The notes under the pieces were generated by a model. That model saw nothing but the letters and a program-made list of their open reading frames with translations. It was not told where the DNA came from and searched no databases. A stretch of 63,631 nt of DNA, the filler included, from Craspedostauros australis (lineage: Eukaryota): NCBI GenBank assembly GCA_030167865.1. It is 8 parts of 8 records of this genome, joined end to end, with 100 filler letters (N's around TTAATTAATTAA, not from the genome) between each part and the next. Parts side by side here need not be neighbours in the genome. Positions count along the whole stretch, not along the records: positions 39,445 to 56,775 come from JALAGF010000241.1; 7 more parts are not named here. One strand, written 5' to 3'. Of the stretch, positions 44,849 through 56,875 are shown in pieces. Both the position numbers and the translations under genes were made by a program. The first letter of the stretch is position 1, and each line of letters opens with the position of its first letter.

Positions 44849-47800
44849 ATGCAGATAGGAGAGGCACAAGGAACGAGGAGAATGATGACGCGGCAACCCA
44901 TGAGAGGCCTGCTGGTGCTGCTGATTGCACTGTGCTGCCTTGGCGCATCAGCCGTAGCGGAAGCAACCTCCAGCACGGATGCAGACGCTGCCAAGGCAAA
45001 ATGGGATGAGCTCGGTGCAGGCATCTATCACGTCCAGTTCGACAGTTACTTGGATGCGACGCAACGGACGGCAGACGCCACGATCCAGCGCAGCAACTTC
45101 GGCATTCACGTGCGTGATGACCAAATCCTGGCAGAGTTCTGGGAGGTCGCACCGGCCGATCAAGCGCAGGTCATGACGATCGATGCTCTCTTCGATGTCA
45201 TCTCCAACGGCACCGTCGCGGCGGTGTTCGATGCCACGCACGGTTACCCGCTCAGCATCACGCAAGCCAGCGCCACGGACCCCTCGCAGACCGTCTTGGA
45301 CGTGCAGATACAGCGCGTGCTCCTACTTGACACCGTCATCTTCAATGAAGTCACCACGAACCTGCTGCGGTGGCAGACCTCCGGTCCATCCGATTACACC
45401 ATGGGGTATCGGAATCATCATCAGGCTGCTATCATTCCGCTTCCGCCGCAAACCATTTCAGACGACCATGGTTCGGTGCAACTCACAGTTTCGGTGGCAA
45501 ACGGCTTTCTCATCAAATCCATCACGGTGACCACCCAATCGGACGCCTCCGGCGGCTCGTCAACGGTCGATGTTGATGTCACGGCAACCACGAGAGATTA
45601 CGTTCAAACGGTCGATGCCTTGTTTCGGGAGCTGGAGTTTCGCATCCTTGGACCGGACCTCGCTGCGTTATCGGATGCGACGATGGAGCCTGTCTTCTTC
45701 CCCACCCTCGTCAATGTCGTCTACGACCAACAATTGGGCTATCCAAACAGCATTGAGATCGTGGCGACGACGTCATCGTCAGTTGTGTCTTTGAGAGCGC
45801 CGCAAACGCGGCTCTTCAACGTTTCCCTTCCCTTCCTGGAACCAGATCGACTTGAGGAACTCAGCGATGCACGAAAGCGTTGGGACGACGCCAAAGACAA
45901 GCTCGGATTGTATGGCACCCTGGTGCGATCGATCACCGTCCCGCAGGATCCCCCCAACCTCCCCATCGACGTGCCGAGATTTTATTCGACGCGCGCGATC
46001 CAGGTGGAGAATGACGAGATTTATTCGGTGCAGTCCGTCTTGGGCGTCGAAGTCCTCACGAATTTGGATGCTCGTCCGGCCAACACCATTTCATGGCGCG
46101 CCATCATTCCACTGGAGGATCTCACCGACGTCGACGATCCCACCGTCACAAGCAACATCCAGCATGGGAACGATTTTGAGCACATTGATGGTGACGACAC
46201 GGACAAGAAGTACTTCACCGTCGACCAGCTCTTTGGCATTCTGGGGTCTGCCCTACGAGAACTCAACAGCAACGAGCAGGAAAACGATGGTGATGATGAT
46301 GGCGGCAGAATATTGGCAGTCTGGGCCACCTACGATGCAGCGAACTTTGGCGTCCCGCGCGCCATCCAGATTCAATATCAAGCACCGAAAACCAAGAATG
46401 GCGATGACGGAGAGGTCCGAGTGTTTATATACAATGTCAGGGCACTGTTGCCGTACTCACTAGCTATGCTGCAGATCGAAGAACAGAAACGGCGATGGGC
46501 GAACTTGGATATGGTGGACTACAGCTTCATCTTCCAGCTGACCTGCTTTTGTCTCGACGAAGTCGTGCAACCCCGACTGGTGGAGATTCGCAACAGTACC
46601 GACATCCAATCCGTCCAGACCTTGCCCAACGCAAGGGGTGTCGGAGAGAGGGATGCCATCAACGATATGCTCCCTGTCATTCGTCCCATGACCGAAATGT
46701 TCGAGTTCCTCAAGCAGGCGCTGGAAGATTCTCCACAAGCCTTCTCTTTCATCTTCGATCCCATCTACGGACACCCAACGTCCATCCATATCAATCCGGC
46801 TCTCGGCATCTCGGACAATTCCTACGTTGCTGAGATCTCCTCCGTCACGCCGATGCGGCAGTCGGAGCTTCAAACCAACCTCACGAACGCCATACAAACA
46901 TGGGAGTCGTACGACATGCAGAATTACAGCTTCGCATTCGTCGACCGGTGTTTCTGTGAGGTGATCGTCCACCAATGGATCGCAGTGCGGGATGGGAAGC
47001 TTCTAAATGTTGATATCGACAACATGGAGACAATAGCTCCTGACGCTGTCGTCGACGTCGGTATCGACGACGCCATGACGATACCGGATCTGTTCGACCT
47101 CATCCAAGACAGCATCAACACCTTGGCGGATAGGTTGGAGGTGGAATTCGATGCCAAGTACGGGCATCCCACAAGGATCTTCGTCCAGCAAGACGAGGAT
47201 CTCGCCGACGCATTTGCTTCTATCTTCGTCTCAATGTTGACGCCGTATTCGGCGTTGTTGCCGGAGGTTGCACAACAGAAGCTCTTGTGGGAGCAACAAC
47301 AGATAACATCGTACACCTACAGCTTCACCAGAAGTTGCGAATGCTTGACGGATGGTGTGCCGGTCGAAGTGGTGGTCGAGGATGGTGTGATCCAATCATG
47401 GACGTTGATCTCACCACAAAACAAATCAGTCACCGGCGCAACGCGATCGGGAGCATCGCCCTGCTCGAGTGCGTTCACCGTGTCGGATTTGCTCGCTATC
47501 ATCGAGGACGCCATCCAGCAAGAGGCACCTAGCATCCAAGTGGATTACGATTTCACAGGACGACCGCTCTCCATCTTCATTGATTACTCACGCATGATTG
47601 CGGACGATGAGTTCATCGTGTCCATGGACTACATGGGCCCGCCGTCAGAGTCGCCGTCATCTGCGCCAACCGTAGCGCCGACATACTTCAGACCATCTTT
47701 GGCACCGACGTCTTCGAATGAAACCCAGGAAATAAAATCGGTAGACGTCGAGACGGCAGCACCAGCCACGACTCCCAGATCCGCATCCGACAGGTCCGGC

Positions 47801-47887
47801 AGTCGGCCGCAGTCGTCGTGGTTTGGGGCATGGTTTGTTGTGGGAGGTGTCTCCGCTTTGATGATGGTGTTGGAGATGATACAGTAG
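44849..47887 (+). CDS. Secreted or membrane-anchored protein with six DUF6174-like repeats
   Basis: Signal peptide (MRGLLVLLIALCCLGASAVA), six W..Y..(CxC)..T...L[FL]..[FY]D...G.P repeats, a Ser/Pro/Thr stalk and a hydrophobic C-terminus. Start may be 44849, 44882 or later. Confidence 0.85.
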   Translation: MQIGEAQGTRRMMTRQPMRGLLVLLIALCCLGASAVAEATSSTDADAAKAKWDELGAGIYHVQFDSYLDATQRTADATIQRSNFGIHVRDDQILAEFWEVAPADQAQVMTIDALFDVISNGTVAAVFDATHGYPLSITQASATDPSQTVLDVQIQRVLLLDTVIFNEVTTNLLRWQTSGPSDYTMGYRNHHQAAIIPLPPQTISDDHGSVQLTVSVANGFLIKSITVTTQSDASGGSSTVDVDVTATTRDYVQTVDALFRELEFRILGPDLAALSDATMEPVFFPTLVNVVYDQQLGYPNSIEIVATTSSSVVSLRAPQTRLFNVSLPFLEPDRLEELSDARKRWDDAKDKLGLYGTLVRSITVPQDPPNLPIDVPRFYSTRAIQVENDEIYSVQSVLGVEVLTNLDARPANTISWRAIIPLEDLTDVDDPTVTSNIQHGNDFEHIDGDDTDKKYFTVDQLFGILGSALRELNSNEQENDGDDDGGRILAVWATYDAANFGVPRAIQIQYQAPKTKNGDDGEVRVFIYNVRALLPYSLAMLQIEEQKRRWANLDMVDYSFIFQLTCFCLDEVVQPRLVEIRNSTDIQSVQTLPNARGVGERDAINDMLPVIRPMTEMFEFLKQALEDSPQAFSFIFDPIYGHPTSIHINPALGISDNSYVAEISSVTPMRQSELQTNLTNAIQTWESYDMQNYSFAFVDRCFCEVIVHQWIAVRDGKLLNVDIDNMETIAPDAVVDVGIDDAMTIPDLFDLIQDSINTLADRLEVEFDAKYGHPTRIFVQQDEDLADAFASIFVSMLTPYSALLPEVAQQKLLWEQQQITSYTYSFTRSCECLTDGVPVEVVVEDGVIQSWTLISPQNKSVTGATRSGASPCSSAFTVSDLLAIIEDAIQQEAPSIQVDYDFTGRPLSIFIDYSRMIADDEFIVSMDYMGPPSESPSSAPTVAPTYFRPSLAPTSSNETQEIKSVDVETAAPATTPRSASDRSGSRPQSSWFGAWFVVGGVSALMMVLEMIQ

Positions 47888-48298
47888 CAGCCAGCAGCAG
47901 CCGATCGGCTTGGTGCACCATATTGATTGAGTGCACAGAGTACGCGATGCACGGGGAGGGAGAACGGAAATGCTCTGTTCAGTTGTGGCTTGCAACACCC
48001 GAGCATCGCACGGGGCAGCAACCTCTTGCGGATGAGAGAATGTACCACATGAAGTAGTGGAGAATAATATTACCGTACTATAGAGGATATAAATAATGCA
48101 CACACTGCACACTCACGCATCTGCGGCCAACAGTTCGGCACAATCTGGAGTGGTTTGATTCAGAACGCCACCAGATTGTATGGCAACTGCATGCGCATGA
48201 AGCAAGCGCGACTCAAAGCAGACCAATACACCTTCCACAGAAAGAAGAGAGGTGGACAAAAAGGGTTCACAAAGACAAATTCTACACGAGAATTTCTC

Positions 48299-49909
48299 TC
48301 AGAACTCGTCATCGTCGTAGTACACTTGCTCCAGCGTCAGTCCTTGCGGAGGCGCTGGCCTCGAAGGATTGTCATCTCGAGCCAGGCCCAAATCGCCCGC
48401 ATGGTTGACGAATTGGTTGAATCGTTCTTCGGACAACCGATCGGCGCAAACTCGGATGGCTGTGCCGACCAGGTTGCGGACCATCTTGTACAGTGCACCG
48501 TCCAACCGGATGTCGATGCGATAGTTGTGGTTTGCGTGTGAGAAACCGTTGTTGGGATCCGTTGGGGCATGATCCTGTTCGCGAATGAGTTCGATGGAAT
48601 GGATGGTGCGAACTGTGCTCATGGCGTAGCCCGCTTTGCGTTGATACTGTTGCAACGCGCCGACGAAGCACACGAAGTCATGCGTACCTTCGTACATCTT
48701 CAAGATGCGATGCAGTCGTTGGATGTCGAAGAATTCATCGTGAAAGCCGCCGAGCTCTGCGTCAGATGCATCCGACGACGGGGGAATGCTGCGGTTGGTC
48801 CGATCGCGGCGCTTTCGTATTCCTTTCATGTCCAATTGCCATCGTTTGTGCCGCTCGATGGGATGCATAGCAGGCGATGTGGAGAAGCGGTAGGAGTACA
48901 GCTTCCCGGAGCCGCTGTACATGGCATTCCACATGTACGTATTGCCGCTGGGTTCATGAAGCGCGGGTGCCGGGGCTGGACCCACGTTCCAAACGACAAT
49001 ATCAGCGGGCAGCATGTCGTTCATCGTGGACTGCAGGAGTTGTAGTTGCCGTTCCAGTTGCTGTTGGGACGAGTATTCAGTGTCGTCGTGGTGGTCGTCA
49101 TCTTCGCCATCGATATTGGGGATGATCTGCTTCGCTTCTTTGCGAGTCAAGTCGAAGTGGACGGCTTGGCCGCGAGCATGCACTCCTGTGTCAGTGCGCC
49201 CTGCCGCAACAACGCAGACCGGGTGGTTGCGGCCATTGCCATCATTGTCGCCACCGTCGCCCCTGCTGTTGCCATTGCCATTTCCATCACGAACCTTTCG
49301 ATTGAATCTGCGTGCAAGAACGGCCTCGAGTTCGCCTTGCACCGTTCTCTTTACCGGCGTCTCGCTGGACCTTGACTGGATTTGGAAGCCTCGGAATGCC
49401 GTCCCGTCATACGCAACGCGGCAACGAAAGCGAATGAGATTCTTTCGGCGATCGTACACCTCGGGATCTTGATCAGCCGTGTCTTCATTATTGATAGAGC
49501 TTTGACCATCAGCGGTCGTCGTGGATGTTGAAGCCGAAAGTGGAAGTGGAAGTGAAGCCGGCACAGCACCAGTGTGCCAATTCCCTCCATTGAAGGTTTG
49601 CTGCCGATCCCGTGTCTGCGACCGTCTGGATATTGTTGTGAACCCTTCGGTTGGTCTTTGCCCCGATGTAGAAAGTGCAATCAGCAACATGACCTTCGAA
49701 ACGAAGGTGGGCCATGATGGGCTGTGGTGGCTCCGTCTCCACTTTCTCCGCATTGACTTCGTTCGTATCTTCGTCAAGGCGACATCATGGCACTGCCCGT
49801 TATCAAGCGGCGTGCAGTCCAGATGAGCGGCATCTCGTTGCCTTTTGGGGTGCGTTTGCCTTTGGCTCGACCCGCTCAATACAGAAACTGTATTGCAGGT
49901 CATCATCAT
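48299..49909 (-). CDS. truA: tRNA pseudouridine synthase A family, possibly organelle-targeted
   Basis: VAYDGTAFRGFQ, AGRTDTGVHARGQ, YEGTHDF, LYKMVRNLVG and APPQGLTLEQVYY. An alternative start at 49753 gives a signal-like peptide ending TEG|F. Confidence 0.92.
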   Translation of the reverse strand: MMMTCNTVSVLSGSSQRQTHPKRQRDAAHLDCTPLDNGQCHDVALTKIRTKSMRRKWRRSHHSPSWPTFVSKVMLLIALSTSGQRPTEGFTTISRRSQTRDRQQTFNGGNWHTGAVPASLPLPLSASTSTTTADGQSSINNEDTADQDPEVYDRRKNLIRFRCRVAYDGTAFRGFQIQSRSSETPVKRTVQGELEAVLARRFNRKVRDGNGNGNSRGDGGDNDGNGRNHPVCVVAAGRTDTGVHARGQAVHFDLTRKEAKQIIPNIDGEDDDHHDDTEYSSQQQLERQLQLLQSTMNDMLPADIVVWNVGPAPAPALHEPSGNTYMWNAMYSGSGKLYSYRFSTSPAMHPIERHKRWQLDMKGIRKRRDRTNRSIPPSSDASDAELGGFHDEFFDIQRLHRILKMYEGTHDFVCFVGALQQYQRKAGYAMSTVRTIHSIELIREQDHAPTDPNNGFSHANHNYRIDIRLDGALYKMVRNLVGTAIRVCADRLSEERFNQFVNHAGDLGLARDDNPSRPAPPQGLTLEQVYYDDDEF

Positions 49910-50752
49910 CGAGATGGAGTCTCGAGATGGAGTCTCGAGTGGTCGAAGGATCGGAATAGAGTTCTCTCTACACTCAATCGCAGAGGGTGTTGCACACCGC
50001 GTCGATACGAGTGCTTGCACACCGCGCCGACATCCAACACAACACGTTGATGGCTTCGGTAAGGTGTTGGTGGGATTTCACGGATTGTTTTCGCGCGGTT
50101 TCTTCGTCTTGTTGATGTGTGTCATTCTTGGTGATGTTTGTGAGGCAGCAAGGGTCTGTCAGGCTGTACGCATTGATCTCTATTAATGTAGCATATATTC
50201 GGTCTGTGCGGCGTATGCAAAAGACGGAAGTGCCTTGTTGTTTTTTCGATCGCTCGTGGGTGGGCGAATGGTTCGTTCGGAAACTGTTCAACCTTGGTTT
50301 TCCTCGTGCTTGCCTGCACAATCCACCAGCAACACAAATGTGATTGGGTGATTCGTGGAAAGGTGCGCATCTTGGGGGTTCTTCCACTCGCTAAAAGAGA
50401 ATGGAAGTTGTTCGTGGGCAATTGCGAACGGAGAAGTGTGGGCGATTTGGCACGAGCGAAACTTGAACGAAACAGAAATGAGAACACCACTCTTCCACAA
50501 GGTGGCAACGGACCACAACACCTTCTTCCTTCACGTCCGCCTCTGTCCCCAACGGTCCCATCATCTTCACTCCTGGAAGCGCATCATCACCGCTCGAACA
50601 ACAACGATGGTGACGACAACGATGGCTGCAACAAGGATACCTGCGAGGACACAAAACAAGCAACAAGCGAATTGAATCAAACGGGAAAAAGAAAGACCCC
50701 GACAGTCAATCGATCGCTCGACAAACCAATCAACCAGTTACTCTCCATCACC

Positions 50753-51613
50753 ATGTGCTGCAGCGACAACGACGCCGTCGATGAGGACAAAATCGTGCTT
50801 TGCTGCGCGCTCTGCTGCGCCCATTGCGGATTGTGTAAGTGCACAACTCTGCGTCTCAGGCAGGACCAAACCGATGACGACGGCACCAGCGGCAATGGCA
50901 GTGAACACTCTGCTGCTCGTCGGAAATGGAATGGAGAGCGTTGGAAGAAATGCGCTGTCGGTTCACGCCGCGGATTGATCCTGATTTGACTCTTCACTGA
51001 TCGCTTTCGCATAGCTTTCACGTGGCTCACAACGATTGCATTCTTCGCTTCTTCTGTCCTTCTCTCCGCACTGCATGGTACCGTACCACACGTTGATTTG
51101 CATCATGCAATGAACCGCCACAGACACTGCGTGCGACTGCCCGGGATGCTCAGGAAAGATCGGCCTCTGCTGCCTGACTTGCCAAGTGTGCCTCAAACCA
51201 GGTACGTGGCCGTGGCCGTGACCGTCATTGTGATGAGCATCACCGTTGTCACCGCGGTCGTCATCAGTTCATTTTTGCTGAGATCCCGACCTCTGTCCTC
51301 AACCACATGCTATACGATACTCACTGTCTGCATATGCTCATTCTCTGCGTTCCATCAATCACCTGAAACGCCCACACACTTATGCGTGCGTACAACAGGA
51401 GCCCCGTGCCTTCCCTTAATCTGCTGCGGACCATCCATCGAATGTGATGGTTGCGCCATCCTGAAGGTCCAGCTTCAAGCCTTCTGCTTGGCGATCACGG
51501 CCGCAATTCCATGCGACGAGGAGGTGCCACCAGCCCTCGCCATTGCCGGTTTGACGCTCTACCCCAAGTGCGGTTGCTGCATGCCCATCAAGGAGGCAAT
51601 CGAAAGAGATTAA
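50753..51613 (+). CDS. Small Cys-rich protein (124 aa); exons 50753-50834, 51124-51201, 51399-51613
   Basis: GTAAGT..CAG and GTACGT..CAG introns join in frame to give MCCSDNDAVDEDKIVLCCALCCAHCGLYTACDCPGCSGKIGLCCLTCQVCLKPGAPCLPLICCGP...YPKCGCCMPIKEAIERD. Confidence 0.85.
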
Positions 51614-52597
51614 GAGCACGGAGCGGAGCAAAACTGAGTGGAGAGGTGAAGAGTAGACCAACGCATCTCTATCAGCGTGTCCCACGCACTCATCAGCCTG
51701 ACATATTTGCAGCAAAGCATCCCTCACGAGCATATTTGCCTTGGCAGGAAACGAATGAAGGTGACAACGAGAGCAACGAACCCACTGCGATGTGTAGGAG
51801 CAAACGGTGCATGTCCCGCATGGGAACGCACTTGACCAGTGGGTTCGACGCATCAACTACGGCGCGCCGAAACGAAAGTTCATCGTGGACGGAGAGAGCG
51901 GGACAGATGCTCTCTTCTGATCCTCCTCATTCTGTTATCACACGCCCCATCAGCCCAATCTTTCATTTCTAACTGTAATTTAATAGTATAACACCAATAC
52001 ACTGCATTCATTTCAAGTGTCTTCCATGGTCTCATGTCCATTTCTATTGAAGCCTCCATCCCTCCTTTGGGCTGGTTTCACTCGTCAGCCAATCTTCGAA
52101 ATGCCAACAACGTTTTCAGTCATGCCACGGAATCATCCACGAATGTTTAGGTCGACTAGGTCGACAGTATTCGCTTTAGTCTTGCCGCTGTCCGACAAAC
52201 AACAACAACAACAACATGGCGAAGAACGAGGCGACCATGGCGCTTTTCTGCGATCTGCCTTCAAAAAGGATCTTGGCGTCACGCTGGTTGAACACGACCG
52301 CCGACAACAAAACAAACGACACCGCCAACAACAGTCACTGGCAAAGGGAGAGCGTGACGTGTTGTCATCCGGAATCTTCATCAGCAGCGCAGGCGCCGTT
52401 ACCACCATCATCCATTCTGAGTGCTCGTCTTCTTCTTCTTCTGCAGGGATAGCCAGATTGGAAAAAGGACCGCGACATCAATCAAGTGACACCTCTGTTG
52501 GTACACTCAACAACCGCCCTCTCACCTCACGTTTGGTGCAGAACAGCCCCGCACAAGATCCGCACCACCGTCTGCCACTGCCACAACTGCCGCCAAG

Positions 52598-53642
52598 ATG
52601 GGAAAGAAAGGCAACCGCGGTGTCCGCATCAAGCAGATGGGTCCCAAGGGGATGGGCAAAGGCATGCTCAACCCTCTGGAAGATCTCGCTGTGCCACCTG
52701 AGGAGATGATCCAAATGCCACCACCACCGGATCGCAGCTACCAGATCTTTTGGCCCATTCGTACGTAGTCAACTGTACTACATTGTACTGTGATTGTGCA
52801 ATGGTGTACACCATGATGTTGGAGACTCTGTGACATACTCGTACGCACGTATTCGTATGTTTGTGAGGCAATAACGAATGTTTCACGTTGTGGGATACTC
52901 CATTGCCCGTCCGTACACTGATGATGCCCAATTCATCCAAGGCACAAGCTCACCATGCATCCGAGGGCAACTCTTCTTGTCTTGCTGCTTCTGCTACACG
53001 GATATTGATACTACAATCACACTTACACGTTCTTACATATTCCCTTGGCCCCCTTGGTTACGCTCGCCCCATCGAACGTACATGAATCAAACGGCGACAA
53101 CCGCAACAACAATCGTTATGTATTACCATAATCATCGTTGATGGTGGTGGTGGGCAGATGAGACATTCACGATGAATCCGGAGAAGTTCATGGTGATATA
53201 CCCATCGTATCTGGACGCCACAAAGACAATGAAGCAGGGACGACGGATTTCCAAGGAGGATGCGGTGGACACGCCCACCATCTCCGATATCTCGCAGGCG
53301 TTGCAGCAGCTCACCATGCGCCACGTGATACAGCCGCACAAGGGTTACCCCAGGGACACCACCGTGCTTTGGGACAACCCGGGTCGCGTCAAGGTGGAGC
53401 TGCCCCCCATCACGGAAATCATGAACAAGAAGATGCTGCTGAGGGAGCTCGGCAAGATCATCCCGACGCTGTCCGCGCGGAAGCAAAGGTTGGAACGGCA
53501 GGCGAAGGAGGCTGAGATAGAGGCTGCCAAGGTGAAGGAGGAGGCCGCGAAGGAACGCCAGCTGCAGCAACAGCGGGAGAAGCAGCGCCAGCAGGCAGCG
53601 TCGACGAAATCGAACAAGAAGAAGGGAAAGAAGAGGAGGTGA
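52598..53642 (+). CDS. SRP19: Signal recognition particle 19 kDa protein; exons 52598-52760, 53158-53642
   Basis: VIYPSYLDATKT...GRRISKEDAV..P, KGYPRD, GRVKVEL and a Lys-rich tail. A phase-1 GTACGT..CAG intron joins the MGKKGNRGVRIKQ exon in frame. Confidence 0.93.
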
Positions 53643-54687
53643 GACGGTATGTCGGTGCCCACCACAGTCACACAGTCACACATTTCGCGAAGGAAGGGAA
53701 GGAAGATGAGCCCAAAACCAAAGATGCCAAACCGAATCTACTCGTGCCAGTATCCAGTATCCAGCAGTTGCAGAGATTGACTTTGATGGGATGGTGGTTC
53801 TCTCGAAGCAGCCGCTGTATCGTATCACACGGTATTCGTAATTTGACAGAATACTCGAACTCCGAAAGCACCATTCCGTACGTGGACGAGCCACGAGTCG
53901 TGCTCGTGTTAACATGGGGCAGCATGTAGAGTATTCGTACTCGCTTCGGAGCGCGGTAGAGTATCAGTAGAGGATACATCGTCGTCTGTTGCATGATAGC
54001 ACTCCCGGTCGCATCAAAGAGCGCAAGAGGCCCGTGGCTTTTCGTTTCATGTGATACACCGCAGGATGGAAGCATCATACACTACCATGCTCCCATGGCC
54101 ACCCTCGCAATGTGGTGGCAGTTGCGGCCCCTGGACTTGTATCTGCTAATCGTACGACTTATGGCACAGCATCAGGAGTTGGCAAGACGCCCCCTGTCCC
54201 TCCATCGCTCCATCTCTCGCATTCATTTATCATCCTGTACCTGCATGGAGCACTGCTCTCTTTGGCAAACTGTAAGGCGAAGATGCTTCGCCGCGTGGAT
54301 GGTACCGCGCCATACTTGTACCTGGTGCATAGAGTACTGGGTTCGTCTTGATCTTGTTGTCACCAGCATGTCAAAGAAGGATGGCCGCCGAGCATGACAG
54401 CCAGCATCTAGCAATCGCGGCGGGGCGTCGCCGTAGACTATGAGTGCATCTCTACGAGTTAGAGTGCTCCATGTAGGCATGATGGCAATGGAGATATCTA
54501 GATTGGTTCTGAATCCCTCTTCAGAGACGGCCGCTGTCTGCGCATCGGTCGCAAGCGATAATAGAACGATGTTATAGTAGTACGCGTTGACTAAGAGCAG
54601 GGAGAGCAAGCAATAGAGTACGTGTACAAACATCCGTAGCGGAGTGGAGATTGTGTGTATAGTGATACAATGCGTTTGTTGCTAGAT

Positions 54688-55599
54688 TTATGCCTCCATG
54701 GTTAGTCGAACTACTACCGAACCGCACCATGCTCTGAGGGTCTTGGTCTTCTCATTGCTGGCGTTGCTACCGGAGTCCACCTTCTTCACATCATCCAATT
54801 CCGTGATCTCAGTGGTTGCGCATCCGGCGAGTGGGGCCAGCGATGAGGCGGTGGAGACCGAGGTCTCATCCAGATCCTCCTCGTTATCTCCTCCCAGCGG
54901 CATGCAGACGCTTGTGTCAAAGTGGCAGATCTGCTGCTGCTGCTGTGTCTTTGATGCGGACTGTGTGCTGGTCTCGTCGGCGTCTCCGAGTTCCGTCTGC
55001 TGCATCTTGCGGCCCTTCATTCTGTGTTCGCGACCCTCCTCGAACTCTTCGCAATCGGTTTGGAGCTCGTAGCGGCAGTTGGGGCAGGTGCATCGGTGGG
55101 CCAACCACGGGACGACGCATGTGGAATGGAACATGTGTCCGCATGGCAGGACCGTCACGACCTCAGAGGTCTGCAAGTTCTCGGAGCAGATGACGCAGGA
55201 GAGATCGTTGCAGGCGTTGTTGTCGTCGGTGTTGTCGTCGGTGGGTTCTGGTGTTGGGACCTCCTGCAGTCGCAGGTGGACGAGGTTGACGATGGCGGAT
55301 GTGGATGCTGGCGGTGTTGTTCCATAGTACTCTGCGGATGCCTCCATCTCGGCGGACTCCTCGTCGGTGGACCATTCGGAGGGTGGCTGGACTGGGAAGC
55401 CCCCGTTGGTCAGCTCCTGCTGCAGGGCATCGCGATTTGGTGCGGAAGAGGAGGAGGAGGAGGAGGAGGACTCCATGATCTCTCTCTCCAGCTGCTGCAG
55501 GGAGAGACGAGCGAGCTTGCGCTGACGGCGCTTGCGGCGGTTCTCAGTTCTCAGGATCTGGAGAACGCGGATGCCATCGGAGAATGCGTCGAGAATCAT
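54688..55599 (-). CDS. RING-H2 E3 ubiquitin ligase
   Basis: CVIC-x11-LPCGHMFHSTC-x10-CPNC (C3H2C3 pattern). Confidence 0.92.
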   Translation of the reverse strand: MILDAFSDGIRVLQILRTENRRKRRQRKLARLSLQQLEREIMESSSSSSSSSAPNRDALQQELTNGGFPVQPPSEWSTDEESAEMEASAEYYGTTPPASTSAIVNLVHLRLQEVPTPEPTDDNTDDNNACNDLSCVICSENLQTSEVVTVLPCGHMFHSTCVVPWLAHRCTCPNCRYELQTDCEEFEEGREHRMKGRKMQQTELGDADETSTQSASKTQQQQQICHFDTSVCMPLGGDNEEDLDETSVSTASSLAPLAGCATTEITELDDVKKVDSGSNASNEKTKTLRAWCGSVVVRLTMEA

Positions 55600-56875
55600 G
55601 TTGTTGATGTTGTTGTTTGTAGTGGTGGTTTTGTGGTGGTGCGGAGCGAGTGGGTGTTGCTGCTGATTGTTTGTGTTTGTTTTGTTGATCGGTTGGTGAT
55701 TTGAATTGTCAGGTTTTCGTTTTTATGAGTGGATGAGGAGGCGAAGCGGTCCAGAGAGCTACAGACAAACAGAGCAAGACTCACAAATCAGCAACACAAC
55801 AGGAGGCCAAGACAGAGGAGAAACAAACACACATGCCAGTAACGGGAAAGAGTACGCCGCTAGTACGCACATACGCGCATAGCGACAGCACCATGGAGAC
55901 AGGGGTGGAGCCAATGCACATACACCTAGTCCGAGTGCGCGCGTTCTTACCCAACGACGCGAACAAGACGCGACAACCAAGACAGAACAAGACAGGCTAA
56001 ATAGAGACAAACATAAACCATTCGCTCGAATAAGTTTGCCAGACAGCGCCCAAACATACTGTGCGAATATTCATGTGCCCATTTCGAAACTGATTTGTCC
56101 TTGTTGACATTTCTGTCGTTCCCCTAAGCCTTCTGTATGTTTAGGATGTCCGTTCACTCACCGTTCACGCATAAATGTATCCCGCATTGGCAATAAAATC
56201 AAGCAACTGAAGCACATTCGATTTGTCAGTTCGGCGTTGTTGCGTCGACATGGCGCGACAAATTGATCCGCTCGAAGTGGAGCAATGTGTCGCGCTTGTG
56301 GATGGGGAGAATGAAAGTGCTTTCGCAAGATTCAACAGGACAAATCGTCAACAGGTGTCAACGCAGAATGCTGCACTGGATGCTCATTTGTTGGCGCCTT
56401 TCTCATCCATCAACAAAACGCATTGGTGACCAACGCTTCGGACCAAATGCACACCAGGCCGTTTGCCTGCGGACCATGTGTATCTACTTGAACCGCGGAC
56501 GCAAGAGCCGCCGACCAAGATGACGACTTTCGCAGCACCATGAGAAGCACGGATCATGCTCTCGGCATGCACTTTCATGCTTAGCTTGTGAACCTTGAAT
56601 GTTCCTGCACCATGCGCACCCTCGCTCGTCATCGTGAGCAGAGAGGAGAGAACTCGGAGTATTCACATCTGGACATGCGTGTGATGTCTGTTCATTAGAG
56701 GCCTATCGCATTTCACATTCACACCCCTGTGTTCATGTCACATGTGGCACTCACGTTCGGATTTCACATTGGTACNNNNNNNNNNNNNNNNNNNNNNNNN
56801 NNNNNNNNNNNNNNNNNNNTTAATTAATTAANNNNNNNNNNNNNNNNNNNNNNNNNNNNNNNNNNNNNNNNNNNN

